A stretch of 63,407 bases of DNA, the filler included. It is 9 parts of 9 records of this genome, joined end to end, with 100 filler letters (N's around TTAATTAATTAA, not from the genome) between each part and the next. Parts side by side here need not be neighbours in the genome. Positions count along the whole stretch, not along the records: positions 9,186 to 33,158 come from SRR7504441_7209; 8 more parts are not named here. One strand, given 5' to 3'. A model generated the notes under the pieces. It was not told the origin of the DNA and did no database searches. It saw only the letters and a program-made list of their open reading frames with translations. Position numbers and translations under genes: made by a program. Positions 12,187-24,237 of the stretch are shown here, in pieces. The stretch's first letter is position 1. Each line of letters begins with the position of its first letter.

Positions 12187-14825
12187 CTAGGCTCCAATAT
12201 CGCAGCTACATCCAAGCGCGCCATTCCTCTTTGTTGCCAAGATGCCCACTTGTCCTGATCCAGAGTAGGGAATGCAGCAGCTGCACATGTGAACATCAAA
12301 GTCCTGTCCACCACCAACAATCGCAAACGACAGTTTGACCGTCTCATTTGGACTACCCATCACTTGCACCTTCAGCCCTCCGTCGTTTGGCAGCTGCTGC
12401 ACATCCGCCACGCGCTGTGACGACACTGGCACCCACTTGCTCAGTTCACCCAGTAGCACCACAGTGCCGTCGAGGATAGGTGCGAAATGCCAAAGGGCAA
12501 AGCTGATGCTGCTAGTTGAGGGCGTCAGCACGAGGGAATCGAAACGCTGGACCTTGAGTGAGGCGATGGGGACAGCACCCGGCTGAGCATAATCCAAAGA
12601 GAAGGCCAAGTATTCCTGGGCTATCGAGCCCTGTTCTGGATCCAGGCTTGTGACATCCTCAGGACGAACCGTGAAGGGCTGTTGCACAGCAGCAGCAAAG
12701 AGCATCTGCCAGCGTTTTTGTCGGATGACGGTGTACGAGCTCCAGATCTTCGGGGGCGGCGATACTGACCCAAACACGGCCTCTGTGAAAACTCGGTCGA
12801 TTGTAGTCGCTGGCCGCGCCGCCTTTAGAATTAGCCCATCGTCCCGGCAGCTGCGCTTGATGAGGCTAATGTCTGAGAATCCAATGCCATCGCCTGCCCC
12901 AGCACGTCATGTACATGTAACGCAACTAAGTTAGTTCACCAGGTGTCACTGGACCATGCGACAGCGTAGCGACACAAGCTTCGCGAACGACGTCTGGGTC
13001 GGAGGCATTTCCCACGCTGCTGTGTGGCTCCACAGCACTGCTCCAAAAATTATCTTTGAAGGGCTCCAACGCAAGAGCATGAGCCAGCATAGCCGACGAG
13101 CCCAAATGCCATTGCGTCTCGATTTTCCCAGGAACGTAGTCGTCAGAGGCCCGAATCTGAACCACAGATCCAATCTCGACACTTTGGAGCGCGTGGCCTG
13201 CACCGGCCCAACTCAGTCAAAGCAGGCTCGGATCTACGTACGAGGGTAGGGCATGCAGTACTGGATCCTCAGCCCAGCTTTCTCAGCAGCGGCACCCATT
13301 TGGAGCAACCAAGTGCGGGCTGCTGTTGCAGTTTGTGTTAGCAGCGGCACGCCTTTGAATTCATTGTACAGCCAATCTTGCTCGTAGGTGTATAGGCCCT
13401 GACCAGCAAGCCGTGTCAGACGAGATTGGCTGACCGCAGTGCTTTTAATACTCACCCATTCCTTGCTTGTGCTCATCAGCCAGTCCCAGAAGCCTTGCTC
13501 GAGCGGAACCACCATTGGGAAAGCGGCGTCCGAGAATCGCCACTGACCGCCATTCTGCTGCGCGTATGGTGTATTGTTTGACCAGTACCTGTTGTGTCCA
13601 ATGATAGGCCACCCTGTCTGCTCGTGGAAGCGCTTCAGCGCAGCATCGCCGCCGCCTGCAAAAATATCCTGCACCAGCCCAATTCAGTCAAAGCAGGCTT
13701 GGATTTACCTACCGGCCGAACGGTCCAGTTGGCCACCCCGCCGCCGTTGCCCTTGAAGTACCACCAGGAGTCGAGCAGCACGTGTCGGTAAGGTATATCG
13801 GAATGATTGGCATAATCCTGCAGCGCGAGCAGAGTTTGAGCCATGTCCTTGCCCTCTATTGGGTTGTAGTAATAAAAAGCTCCGTGGTCTGTATTGTACC
13901 CCAGGTAATTGTTTGTAAAGTCGTCCCTTCTGGCACTTGATTCGGGATCCTTGCCATACAATCGCAGGAGCTTGGCGCCCCAATCACACATCGCATTGTT
14001 CAGCCCGGAGCCGGAATGAGACACAATGAAGCTCAACACAAACCCAGCGGGCACTGATCGTACAGACCCAAGCAGCCCGGCAGCCAGGGTGCTAGAGTTG
14101 TCCAGCTTACCCAGCGAAGCAACCATGAACTGGGATGCGGCAGACAGCACAATCGCGTCCTTCCCAGTCGGATCAAAAAGAGCGAGCGGCCCGCCGTCAA
14201 CCCCAGTGGCCACCCCGCCGCTCGGCCACAGTCCGACCGCAGGCCCGTCTGTGCTCGAGTCCAGGAAGGTGCCGTGCCAGCCGACCGCCCCCAGCCGGGT
14301 GCTCCCCGCCTGGGCCAGTCCAAAGCTCGGGAAGCTGGACGAGACCTGGTCCAGCGAGGCTTGAGCGCACTTCTGCTCGCAGGCGGGCACTTTATTGATA
14401 TCACCCCCGGCGCACTCCGACTCGCAGTGCGCAAAGTCCGAGTGCGAGCCGGTGTGCCCCGTCTGGTTGATGCCGGTCACGAAGACCTGCTCGAATCCCA
14501 CCGTCGAGCCACTATCGTATTGCTTGAAGTTGGTCTGAGCTTCGAACCCACCGGCCGAGCCCCAGTGTAGAACCTGCCGGCTGAATCCGCCCAGCCCAGG
14601 CTCGTGCCCGCGCTCGGTGCGGTTGGCCACTAGTTTGAGCGAGCCGTCGGCCGAGGAGAGCCAGGTGTCTTTGACGAAGAATCGGGCGAGCGGGCCGGCC
14701 GACTGGAGCCAGGGCTTGCCGCCGACGAGCAGGCTGTACGACTGGCCGGACAGCGCGAGCTCGAGGGCGGGGCACGGTTGTAGCAGCACCAGCAGCAACA
14801 TTGCTGTGAGGGAAGCAGCCACCAT
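12187..14825 (-). CDS. Secreted glycoside-hydrolase-like protein (probably clan GH-D, alpha-galactosidase/raffinose-synthase-like)
   Basis: Signal peptide; YLGYNTDHGAFYYY, LLDSWWY, YEQDWL, IQYCMPYPRH, GPVTPGDGIG; introns 13669-13712, 13399-13455, 13198-13241 and 12894-12939. The family assignment is inference. Confidence 0.6.
13198..13241 (-). other. 44-nt GT-AG intron, near-copy of 13669-13712
   Basis: gtacgtagatccgagcctgctttgactgagttgggccggtgcag; phase 1; removal restores YPRHALQSVE. Confidence 0.88.
13669..13712 (-). other. 44-nt GT-AG intron, near-copy of 13198-13241
   Basis: gtaggtaaatccaagcctgctttgactgaattgggctggtgcag; phase 0; joins WTVRP to DIFAGG. Confidence 0.88.
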
Positions 14826-14896
14826 TGCTGCGGCCGACCTAGTCCAGCTGGAGTCTAACGGCATAATAACGGAAGACTCCTCGGGTGTGCAAAGGC

Positions 14897-15547
14897 ATGT
14901 CGTCGGGACGCAGCTTGCGGATCTGCGTCTACGGCTCGGCCTCGCCCAACACCAGCCCAGCGTACCTGGAGGCGGCCGAGCGGCTGGCCGAGCTGATTGC
15001 CGCGTCGGGGCACACGCTGATCAACGGCGCGGGTGCCAACGGGGTGATGGGCGCGCTGAACCGGGCGGCGATCCGGGCCGGCGGGCGGGTCGAGGGCGTG
15101 GCGCACGAGAACATGGTGGACGGACCGATCAGCGAGCTGCAGGCGGCTGGAATGCAGCTCCGGATCGCCCGGGGAAGCACGCTAGAGGAGCGGAAGCGGC
15201 TGCTCCGGCAGGGCTCCGACGCTTTCATCGCGCTCCCCGGCGGGCCGGGCACCTGGGAGGAGCTGTGGGAGGTGGCCAACCAGGAAAGCCTGTGGATGCT
15301 CAACCCAGTCGGCCGACCCGTGGTGCTGGTCAACACGCTCGGGTGCGCCCCTCCAAAGAATGCCGCTGTAATAAAAGGTTTTGGCAGGTTCTACGACGGT
15401 TCAGTGGCGCAGCTGGAGCGGGCGCACAAGGATGGGATACTGCGACACCCACCAGCCAAGCTGGTCAAGGCGGTGGGCACCCCCGAGGAGGCGTTGGCCT
15501 ACGTTGTCACGCACCCGACCTGCACCGCCCTAAGCTCCAAGCTGTGA
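14897..15547 (+). CDS. LOG-family nucleotide/cytokinin-riboside 5'-monophosphate phosphoribohydrolase ending in SKL
   Basis: ICVYGSA, GAGANGVMGA, ERKRLL, PGGPGTWEE; probable 45-nt intron 15343-15387. Confidence 0.88.
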   Translation: MSSGRSLRICVYGSASPNTSPAYLEAAERLAELIAASGHTLINGAGANGVMGALNRAAIRAGGRVEGVAHENMVDGPISELQAAGMQLRIARGSTLEERKRLLRQGSDAFIALPGGPGTWEELWEVANQESLWMLNPVGRPVVLVNTLGCAPPKNAAVIKGFGRFYDGSVAQLERAHKDGILRHPPAKLVKAVGTPEEALAYVVTHPTCTALSSKL

Positions 15548-15698
15548 TTGTTCGACTAAGTCATGATTCTCGATGATTGTTGACCATGAATACGTCGAGT
15601 ACAGTACAGTGTACGAGAATAGAACTCATCGGCTTCCTATAGGCCAATGACCTCATCTTAAAATTTAGTACAATGTAAGTAGAGCTACTCGTAGTGTT

Positions 15699-17471
15699 CT
15701 ACACATGCTGGTGGTCATTCTTAAAATGGGCGTGGAGCTGCTCGGCCAGCTGGCTGACTAGCTCCTTGTGTTCGGGCGCCCCAGCCAAGTTGACCGTGTC
15801 AGTCGCTAGATCCATATCTTGTCCAAGGTCGCCCTGGTGGTCGTACAGCTCCCTCCCGCCTCCGGGCCCAAAGTCGCCCCACTGATAGTCGGACCAGTTC
15901 TGCTTGTTCCAACGGACCCACTCGGTGTACCGCCACCTGTCGTTCCGCAGCGAGAAGCCCATGTAGTCCCACTCGTCCAGCTTGCACTTTGTGCACGGGT
16001 TCCACGGCTGGACCCCGTAATTACCGTACCGCTGGCTCTGCTTGCCAAACTGGCTGAACGCGGCGGTCTTGGCGGCGCCGGTGCCTTGGGTAGGAGGCGA
16101 GTCAAAGTAAGCGGCCAGGTCGTCGCCTTGGACCATTTCGCCCTGGCCACGAGGCGACGGCAGCCCGGCGAGCGCCGCGAGGGTCGGATACAGGTCAACG
16201 GCCTCGGCGAGCGCCGGGGTCTTGACTCCGTGGGAGCGGGGCTTGTGCGGGGCCCGAATAATGAGGGGCACGCGCACCCCGAGCTCCCAGTTGGTCATCT
16301 TGCGCCACTCGTTCATCTCTCCGAGCTGCCAACCTGGAGCGGGTCAGTTGCAAACAGCAGCGCGCTCTGATACCGTGGTCGCCCATGAAACTGACTACCG
16401 TCGAGTCGGTCAGGTTGAGTGAATCAAGCTCGGCCAGCACCTGCAGCCAATCGAGACGAAGGGAACATTATGAATTTACCTGCCCAACAAGATGGTCGGT
16501 GTAGCTCACAGCTGCATAGTACGCTCGACGGTACACCACAGCCTGTGCATCGGGCACGCTATGGTTGTAATCGCATGTGGGTCGGCCGAATCCACCGGGA
16601 TGCCAGGCCGCCATCGGAGAGCCCTCCGGCGGCCGATTGTGCTTGGGTGGCTTGAGCTCCGACACCGGCAGCTGGGACTCAAGGAAGTGCGCTGGGAAGG
16701 CGAAAGGGAGGTGCGGCTTGTGGAGCCCCATCCCGATGAAGAAAGGCCGCCCGGCCGGGTCGCGCTTGGCGGCCCGCAGGTGCTCGATCGTTGCCTGGGC
16801 GATCTTCTGGTCAGCGAGGGGGTGGTCACCCAGCTCAGGGGTGCGGGCCTTCACTTCTGTCACGTTCACGGCGCACCAGTGTCCCACGTCACCGGCCACA
16901 GTGGTCGGACCAGCCTGGCAGCCCATATGTGACGGGACACAGAGCACGCCGCTGTTGTTGACTGAGGCGCCGACGCATCCGTCCGGACTGACGTACGGGA
17001 ACTCCTCTGACCACGAGTAGGGCACATCCTTGGCGGGTGGCACCTCGGGGTGATACCTGCGAGGGTCGGTCAGCGCTGGCCACTGGCCACTACTTACAAC
17101 TTGCCCGCGCCCATCGCCAGGTAGCCCCGCTCCTTGAAGTACTGAGGGAGCGACTGCCAGCCCCGACCTGTGGTGTTGCGAAAGTGGTCCACGAAATTAA
17201 ACACGCGGGTGGCGTCGGGCCGGCGCCCGGTCATGAACGAGTTCCGGCTTGGCGCGCAGAACGAGTACTGCACGTATGCGCGCTGGAAGAGCAGGGCCGA
17301 CTTGGCGAATTGGTCGAGCACCGGGGTCCGCATGTATTCGTGCCCGTAGGCGCCGAGCTCGGGCCGCAAGTCGTCTACCACGATGAACAACACGTTCTTG
17401 GCGCCTCTGGGCGCGCTGGCCCCGCCGTCACGCAGGAGGACCAGCAGCGAGAAGAGCGTCAACAGGCGCAT
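15699..17471 (-). CDS. Secreted Cys-type sulfatase (iduronate-2-sulfatase-like)
   Basis: NVLFIVVDDLRP, CAPSRNSFMTGR, GKLYH, HKPHLPF, DHGWQLGE; introns 17057-17097, 16441-16479 and 16334-16373. Confidence 0.9.
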
Positions 17472-17560
17472 GGCCCACGCGGATGTGATGTCCGTTACTG
17501 TATGTGCGGGCTTCAAGCCAAGGCTTGGGCTGAGTTGGCTGCGCCCGAGCCGGGCCCGGG

Positions 17561-20500
17561 ATGCGGTGGGACTACCTGATCGGGCTGGGCTGGCTCGGGT
17601 ACGGGGCCAGCTTTGGGATCGGAATGTTCCGCCGGGCCCGCAAGTACGAAGACTCGCGTCACAGCCTCGAGCTGGAGGTGCTGAACGCTGAGCTGGCGTT
17701 CGACCAGCCCCAGCCCGAGGAGCGCCCGACGGCCGCGGCCGAGGAGGACCCGTCCCTGCTGACGGTGCTCGGGGTGCGGCCGGCCGGTGGACAGGCGGGA
17801 CTGGCCGGGCAGGTGGCGGACGTGGTGCTGCTCAACGACTTGCTCGGGGTGGAGAACAAGCGGCTGGCCGATTTCGAGCGCCGGAAGGCCTCGCTCGCCC
17901 CGCTCAACCTGCCGCTCCAGCAGGGGCCCAGTCAGCGGGTGGCCCGGAGGCGGTGGGCGCTCAAGGTGGGCCTGGGCGCGGCGGCGGATTGAGAGTTGGG
18001 CAGGCGGTGACCTACTGTGTGATCCTGGCGGACTTTTTGATGCTAAACAGCTTTGTGTTCACCAAGTCTGTGGTGGGCGACTGCTGGGTCACCCGCTGCC
18101 TGGGGCACCTCACGCTCACCCGCGGACAACTGGGGCTCGATGCGCAGTACGTGGCAGTCTGGACTCTGATGGGCGGGTTTGCGTTGCTCTGCCTGGGGCT
18201 GGCCACCTGGGGCATCCGGCGTCTGGCCATCCTGCTCGCCCTGGTCGAGGTACTGCTTATCCCGCTGTGCAATGCTTGCTTCTCGATCATGGCAGCGCTC
18301 GAACAGGACAGCGGCGCCGTCTCAAAATTCGCTGGCCACCCGGGCACCGAGCTGACGGTGGCCGGCGCGGTGCTGCTCGTGCTGCTCGCCTACGCGACCG
18401 CCATCTCCTGCGCGATGAATGCCATATTCTGGGGCTGCCGCGCGGTGTCGGTCCTGCCCACGTTTGGAGTTACAAGGATAACACTCAAGTTCACGCTGTG
18501 TGCTGTGGCCACCTGGGGCGCCGACTTGCACCCGGCCTGGATCGTCAGCCTGCAGGTGACCGCGCTGCTGCTGCTTCTGGGAGCCAACGCCAAGCTGCTC
18601 CCGTGGCTCGGCCGGTGGGTGAGGGTAAACCACGTCTACAGCGCAATGCTCGCCACTTGCCTGCTGGCCTCGATTGCCGTCTGCCTGCTCGCCCTCCTGC
18701 GCGCGCTGCGGCTGTGGGACCCGAACAAGACCCGGTCGGCCCAGCTCGCGCTGGCCGCATCTGTGCCGTGCGGACTGGTGGCCTACTGGTTCTTCAACAG
18801 CAGGACACCGTACTCCGAGCTCTCAGAAACCGTCATCTATAGACTAAACGGCAAGACGCTCGAGCGCGACCTGCCGGAGCTGCTTCGATCGATCGCCAGC
18901 CACCATGTGAATTGTCTGGCCGCTGTGCTGTCTGACGGCCGGTGTAGGTGCCTTGCAACCGGCCGCACTTTGCCCGGCAGGCGCTGCTCAAGCTCTGCCT
19001 GGGCTGGACCCGCGACCACGTGCGCGTGCTAGCGGCACGGGCGGTGGCGGTAGTGGCCAGATGCAGCATGCTATCGACTGAGCTGCTCACCGCGCTCTCG
19101 AGGGCCAGGAGGGATCCGAGCGACGCCGTGTCTGGTGCGGTCCGGACTACTCTAATTCAGCTACAGCACTACGGGCTGCTCAGGCTTAAGAAAGACCTGG
19201 CAGATGGCCAACCGGCGCTCGACCGGTCCCGGGCCTGCGAGACGGTGGCCAAGCTGGCGGGGGCGATCAATCTGGGCGGGACGGTGGTTCTGGATGAGAG
19301 CTGCTTTGACATGATTCTCGCATGTAAGCCTCTAGGTTCAGCGAAATGGAGTGACCGCTGTTGCAGGCATGTGGGCGCCGGAGGAGCGCGTGCAGGTGGC
19401 AGGCTTTGCAGCGTGCGCCGCGGTGGTTGAGGCCGGCGGCACGCAACTGATGGTCCCAATGATCAATGCTCTCCGAGCCAACAGCCCGACCATGCAGCAC
19501 GCCGCGCTGTCGCTGCTTGCGGTGGCCTTTAAGCTACGCCGACTCGCCTTCCAGGCGCTGCATCATTTAGAACTCACGTGGGCTCTGCTCACGCAGGGCG
19601 ACGCTTCAGTGTCTGAGGCGGCGGCCCGGGCGTTTGATGCTCTTCAGATGCAGCCGCACTTTGTAGAGACTTTGAGCAAGTGCCCGGAGCTACTCGATCA
19701 AATATGCGGCTCTATCGACGAGGGAGCGGCTGCTGCTGGGTATCCAGTCGCTGTCCAGCTGGTGCAGTCCTCACCTTTTGACTATTCTGAGCATTCTTTG
19801 TGCAGGCCATCTCACTTGCGATGAGCGAGCCTCCGGACCACGCGTCGGGTTGTGAGTTACTGGAGTCCTGGATCTTGTCGCGGCTGCATATGGTGCTGTT
19901 GCAGCCTGGGGGGCTTGACAGCCAGCTGCTCGCCTTAGTCACCGCGTTGCAGCACACAGAGCGTGGCCAGGCCGTGCTGCACAACTCGCCGCTTTTCAGG
20001 GCCGTTTCGAATGTCTTGGAGGAGCCACAGAGCTCATCAGCACTACAACTGGCGGCTGTGCATATCATGGCCCCCTTGTTCGAGGGTCTGGGGAACGGCG
20101 AGGCACAGCAGATGGGAGAAGCGACAGCCGGCCTGTTGAGCTCTCTTCGGTGTGTGGTACAGCACTGCAGAGCTGACGACTTCGAGATGAGGCACGCGGC
20201 GCTAAATGCTGTGTTAGCGGCCCTGGGGACGGTGGCTGGCGCCCAAGAGCTCGCCAAGCTACCGGAAGTGTGCGAGATACTAGCGCGAGGCACGCAGGAC
20301 GAGGACTCGTCGGTGCGCTGCGTGGTGGCCCAGGCCTATCACTTGGTCGGAATCTCGGCTTACACAATGGATCTGCGGATGGAGATGCCCAACTGCAGCG
20401 AGGTTGTATCCTGCTGCGGAATAGTCTAACCGGCCAGGCCAGATCATCCTTAATATGACGGAGGACGAGAACTGGTGTGTACGCTGCGCAGCAGTCTCAA

Positions 20501-22333
20501 CACTAAGCCAACTATCTGGAACGCCGTTTGGTGCGCTTCATGTGATGTAGGTGCCGTCAATTCGGTTCACAGGTGTATTGCGGGAAGAACTGCCGCTGCT
20601 TCTGCTCTCTAGAATTAGCGACGGGATCAGTGATGTACGTGTGGTGAGCTACGCAGCATTGCCTTACCCGGAACCTTCTGACCACGCTGCAGGCGGCACT
20701 GACTGCAATCTCCTTTCCTGAGGCCTGGAAGTGCTCGGAGCTGCCAGGGCTCTCCATTTATCAGCCTGTTGTAGATGTCATCATTGAGGTGTTCCAGTTA
20801 GACTCGAGGCCCAATGTGCGCGCAGCTGCTGCCTCAGCGCTGGCTGCCGCTTCGACCGGATGTGCTGTGGGCTCGTTTGAGCGTCGGATCTGTCGGTTGT
20901 TTGCGGATTCTTTGCTCGACGAGAAGTCACCTGAAGTGATGCTAGCATTGGGCCGGGCGATGGCAGGCAAGCTAGAGTCCCTCGCAGACATGCTATCATC
21001 CGAGGCGGTGCCTGTGCGAGACATGATGTCGTCCAAACTGATGACCGGGGTGAGCGCTACGGACTCCAATGTTACTGAGGAGCTACTGGCATGGCTGAGC
21101 GCATTGCGAGCAGGAGGATCCGAGCTCGTTCTGGCAGCAGTGGATTTGGCACCTGGGCTGCCCGTGCGGCTGTGGCACGACCTCAAGCTGCTGCCAGCTC
21201 TAGATTCACGGACAAATGTACTCGTGCTCATGATTGTCGAGCTGAGCTGTGCTGGCTACATGGCCCAGCTGGTGTGGGACGGGGGGGCTGCCGGGTTGGC
21301 AAAGGCGAGGTTGGTCTTAGAGCACACAGTGGGCCAGCCTGAGGTGTTCTGCCCGTTCCTCGAGGCCCTTATTAAGGAGATAGCGAGCGCAAAGGATCTG
21401 CCCCGGAGCGCAGACGATAGGGCGGGATCTACAGACAGGGAGCTGATGCTGCTCCTTCTCGAGTTGTTCCAGGCACTCTGCTGTACCATTCCGCGTGACG
21501 GTGTTTGTGCAGCATCCGGGAGAAACACAGCGGACTGCGATCACCTCTGCGTTACTAGAGCTAGTCACTGCGCTACCGCGGTTGCTTCAGGCGCTCCCTC
21601 GAGAGCCACTCCCCTCACCGAGTTTACAGGCGCTGGCTGATGCTGTTGGTGCCACCTCAGAGTCTGTGTCTCGAATCATGGGGAGGCTTGTCACTCCTGA
21701 TTCCCTTGATCTGTGGACCTGGAACAAGCCAGTTGTTTTCGGACTCTTTATGCTTGCTCAAGGTAACCATAACTGCAGCCAACCGCTGAACACCATTGTG
21801 CAGGCATGCGCTCGCCGACTGCTACGCATTCTTCGACCCACTACAGCGATTCAGCGACGACCCCGAGCCAACAACGACGGGTGCAGCAACGACGCGCACA
21901 CCGGGCGTGCACATCGCCATGGACTGACCCAGCTGTGCCTGACCGGTACTCTGGGGGCGAGAGCCCCTTTACTAGCCGCATCACGGCAATGACCGCGCCA
22001 GTAACGTCACCTACCAAGCTGTACCACCGGCCAAGCGCCGATGAAAAGCGACTTAGCTGCTGTTCGGAGGATCGAGCTCGCCGACATCTCAGTCAGCACG
22101 GTGGTGTGTCGGTGCCCCTTGGGGATTCCAATATGCCGTGGCGGGAGCGTTTATTAGAGCCATCACTCGATGTGCACCGCTACTCTGACTTAGACGATGA
22201 GCCGGATACTCCTGATATGGTGTGTGCGGCAAATCACTCACTCGATCCAAACGATACGCTACTAACAGTTGGCCAACCGTCTGCAACTGACAACAACACA
22301 ATACGGGATGTGGGGCTCATCAACACCGTGTGA
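17561..22333 (+). CDS. Large multi-pass membrane protein with a long ARM/HEAT-like helical C-terminal region
   Basis: About 7 hydrophobic segments in 18000-18800, then repeats such as DPSDAVSGAV, DEDSSVRCVVA and PNVRAAAASALA. Successive ORFs link through ~40-nt introns; exon edges are approximate. Confidence 0.55.
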
Positions 22334-22549
22334 TCATCGATATCGATCAAATATTTAATTATTCGACCAACATAGTACCAGGTATACATAAATTTATTAG
22401 AAGTACATGTACATTCTTTAGAAAGTCGCAAATTCATTAGTAGGATAATTATCCATTGGAAGTACATTTATCAAGTTGTCCGGTATTTGATTTAAAATCG
22501 AGGTTAACCTCGAGTTGTCCGTTATGTCTGCACCAAATTGCAATTGTGA

Positions 22550-24208
22550 TTAATCGATCAATGAATCCTTGTAGCTTTGCTGTATCGATACCGCTTGGTC
22601 AAAGCGGCTATGAGATTCGTGAATTCGGGACATCAGTGTCTCCTTATTGAGGGCGTCCAGCACCCGCTTGCTATTAGCTGTTAGTTGCCTCAAACTCGAA
22701 GCTTTATCCGGATTTGGCAAATCCTTCTCGACATCTTCCGTGCCGCTTCCCACCAGGCTTCGCTCGCGCTGGAGCTCGTCCTGCGTGCTGACCAGCTCGC
22801 TCTCTGCAACGCTGAGTCGACCCTCGAGTGACGCGATCCGTGCCTCGAGTCGCTGAGTTGTTGCATCAGCTGGAGCCACCGACTGGCGGGCATGCCGAGT
22901 CGGCGACGATCGTCGGGGCGCCAGATCCTGTTGCTCGAGAGTGGGCTTGGCAGCCTCGCGCTTACGTGTGAACGCAGCAATGAATTCGGATCGATCAATC
23001 ACCCCGTCACTGTTGAAGTCCAAGTCTTCAAACTCCGGCCTGGGCGCAGGGAAGACCCCTTGGCGCACACCGTGGCTCCAGCGATCCGGATTGGGGTTTG
23101 GCCGTCGCTTCCTATCCGCCTGCAGCTTGGCTACTCGCTTCTTTAACTCGGCCAGCTGCTGGTTTGCTTGGCTCAGATCCTCTTCCAAGGCCACCTGCAC
23201 CTGCATGCCAGACGCCTGGGCCTCTGCAGCTTCTTTCCAGGCCTCAGCTATCCCATCGCGCGCCTGAGCCTCCAGCTCAGTCACACGCTTCCGCAAATGC
23301 TCAATCTCAGAAGACTTTGACTTGACCTCGTTAGACTTTGCTTTCATCTCAACGGACATCGCCTCCACCTCGGCAGCTTTCGCTTCCAGTCCCTGCTGGA
23401 GCTCAGTATCTCTGCGCATGAGCTCGCTCGCGTCCCTGCGCATCGCGTCCTTCCTGCTGGCTACCAGCTGCTCCTCACACTGGCTTTTGACCGCAGCCAC
23501 TTCATCCGCTGTCTGCTGCCGTACTCTCGCAAGCAGCTGCTCCAACGCCCCTAACCTGGCCTCTGCCTCCTTGGCGTTGGCTGACTGGTTGGCCGCCTCG
23601 GTGCGCCAACGGTCACACGCCGCCTGCAGCTCGGCCTGTAGCTCACCCTCGCCCTGCAGCAGCAACACTGCCTTCTCGCACTCTTGCACCATGTCTTCCG
23701 CGTCCAGCCGCGCCACCTCGGACGCCTGGAGCTCCGACCTTAGCGCCGCGCAATCGGCCCGCTCGGCGCCCAGCTGCTCCCGGGCCTTGTCCAGTTCGTC
23801 TTCGAGCGCCAGGATGGTCTTGCAGGCCACAGTCAGGTCCTCGGCCAGCCCGGCCCGCTCCCGCTCCACCGCCTGGCCGCCCCGGAGCTCCTCGCAGAGC
23901 AGCTGGTGGTCCGCGACAACCACCAGCCACTGCTCGTGCCACTGCCGCCGGGCCGACCCGAGCTGCTCCTCGAGCCGCCGGGTCCGGAGCGAAATCTCAC
24001 GGCTGGCTGGCTCGGGCTGCCCTGCGGCCAACTCGCGCAGCTCGGCGGCCAGCTCGGCGGGCTGATCGTTGGGTAGCGGCAGTGCCGCGCGCGCCTCGCT
24101 GGGCCACGGCGGCGGGCTGGCGGCCGGGGGCGAGCGCCTGGACATCAGCTTAAGCAGCTGTCGCTCGCGCGCGTGCAGGCTCTGCACTCGCTGCTCCGCA
24201 GAAGCCAT
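22550..24208 (-). CDS. Coiled-coil protein with a C-terminal EF-hand-like loop
   Basis: Long E/A/Q/L/R heptad region; DLDFNSDGVIDRSEF. Confidence 0.65.
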   Translation of the reverse strand: MASAEQRVQSLHARERQLLKLMSRRSPPAASPPPWPSEARAALPLPNDQPAELAAELRELAAGQPEPASREISLRTRRLEEQLGSARRQWHEQWLVVVADHQLLCEELRGGQAVERERAGLAEDLTVACKTILALEDELDKAREQLGAERADCAALRSELQASEVARLDAEDMVQECEKAVLLLQGEGELQAELQAACDRWRTEAANQSANAKEAEARLGALEQLLARVRQQTADEVAAVKSQCEEQLVASRKDAMRRDASELMRRDTELQQGLEAKAAEVEAMSVEMKAKSNEVKSKSSEIEHLRKRVTELEAQARDGIAEAWKEAAEAQASGMQVQVALEEDLSQANQQLAELKKRVAKLQADRKRRPNPNPDRWSHGVRQGVFPAPRPEFEDLDFNSDGVIDRSEFIAAFTRKREAAKPTLEQQDLAPRRSSPTRHARQSVAPADATTQRLEARIASLEGRLSVAESELVSTQDELQRERSLVGSGTEDVEKDLPNPDKASSLRQLTANSKRVLDALNKETLMSRIHESHSRFDQAVSIQQSYKDSLID

Positions 24209-24237
24209 CAACCAGACCGCTCCCTCAGCAGAAGCTG

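Noticed and set aside
13399-13455. Stop-free introns of 3n length (also 15343-15387) as regulated retention
   Set aside because: Expected by chance in short GC-rich introns; no evidence without transcripts.
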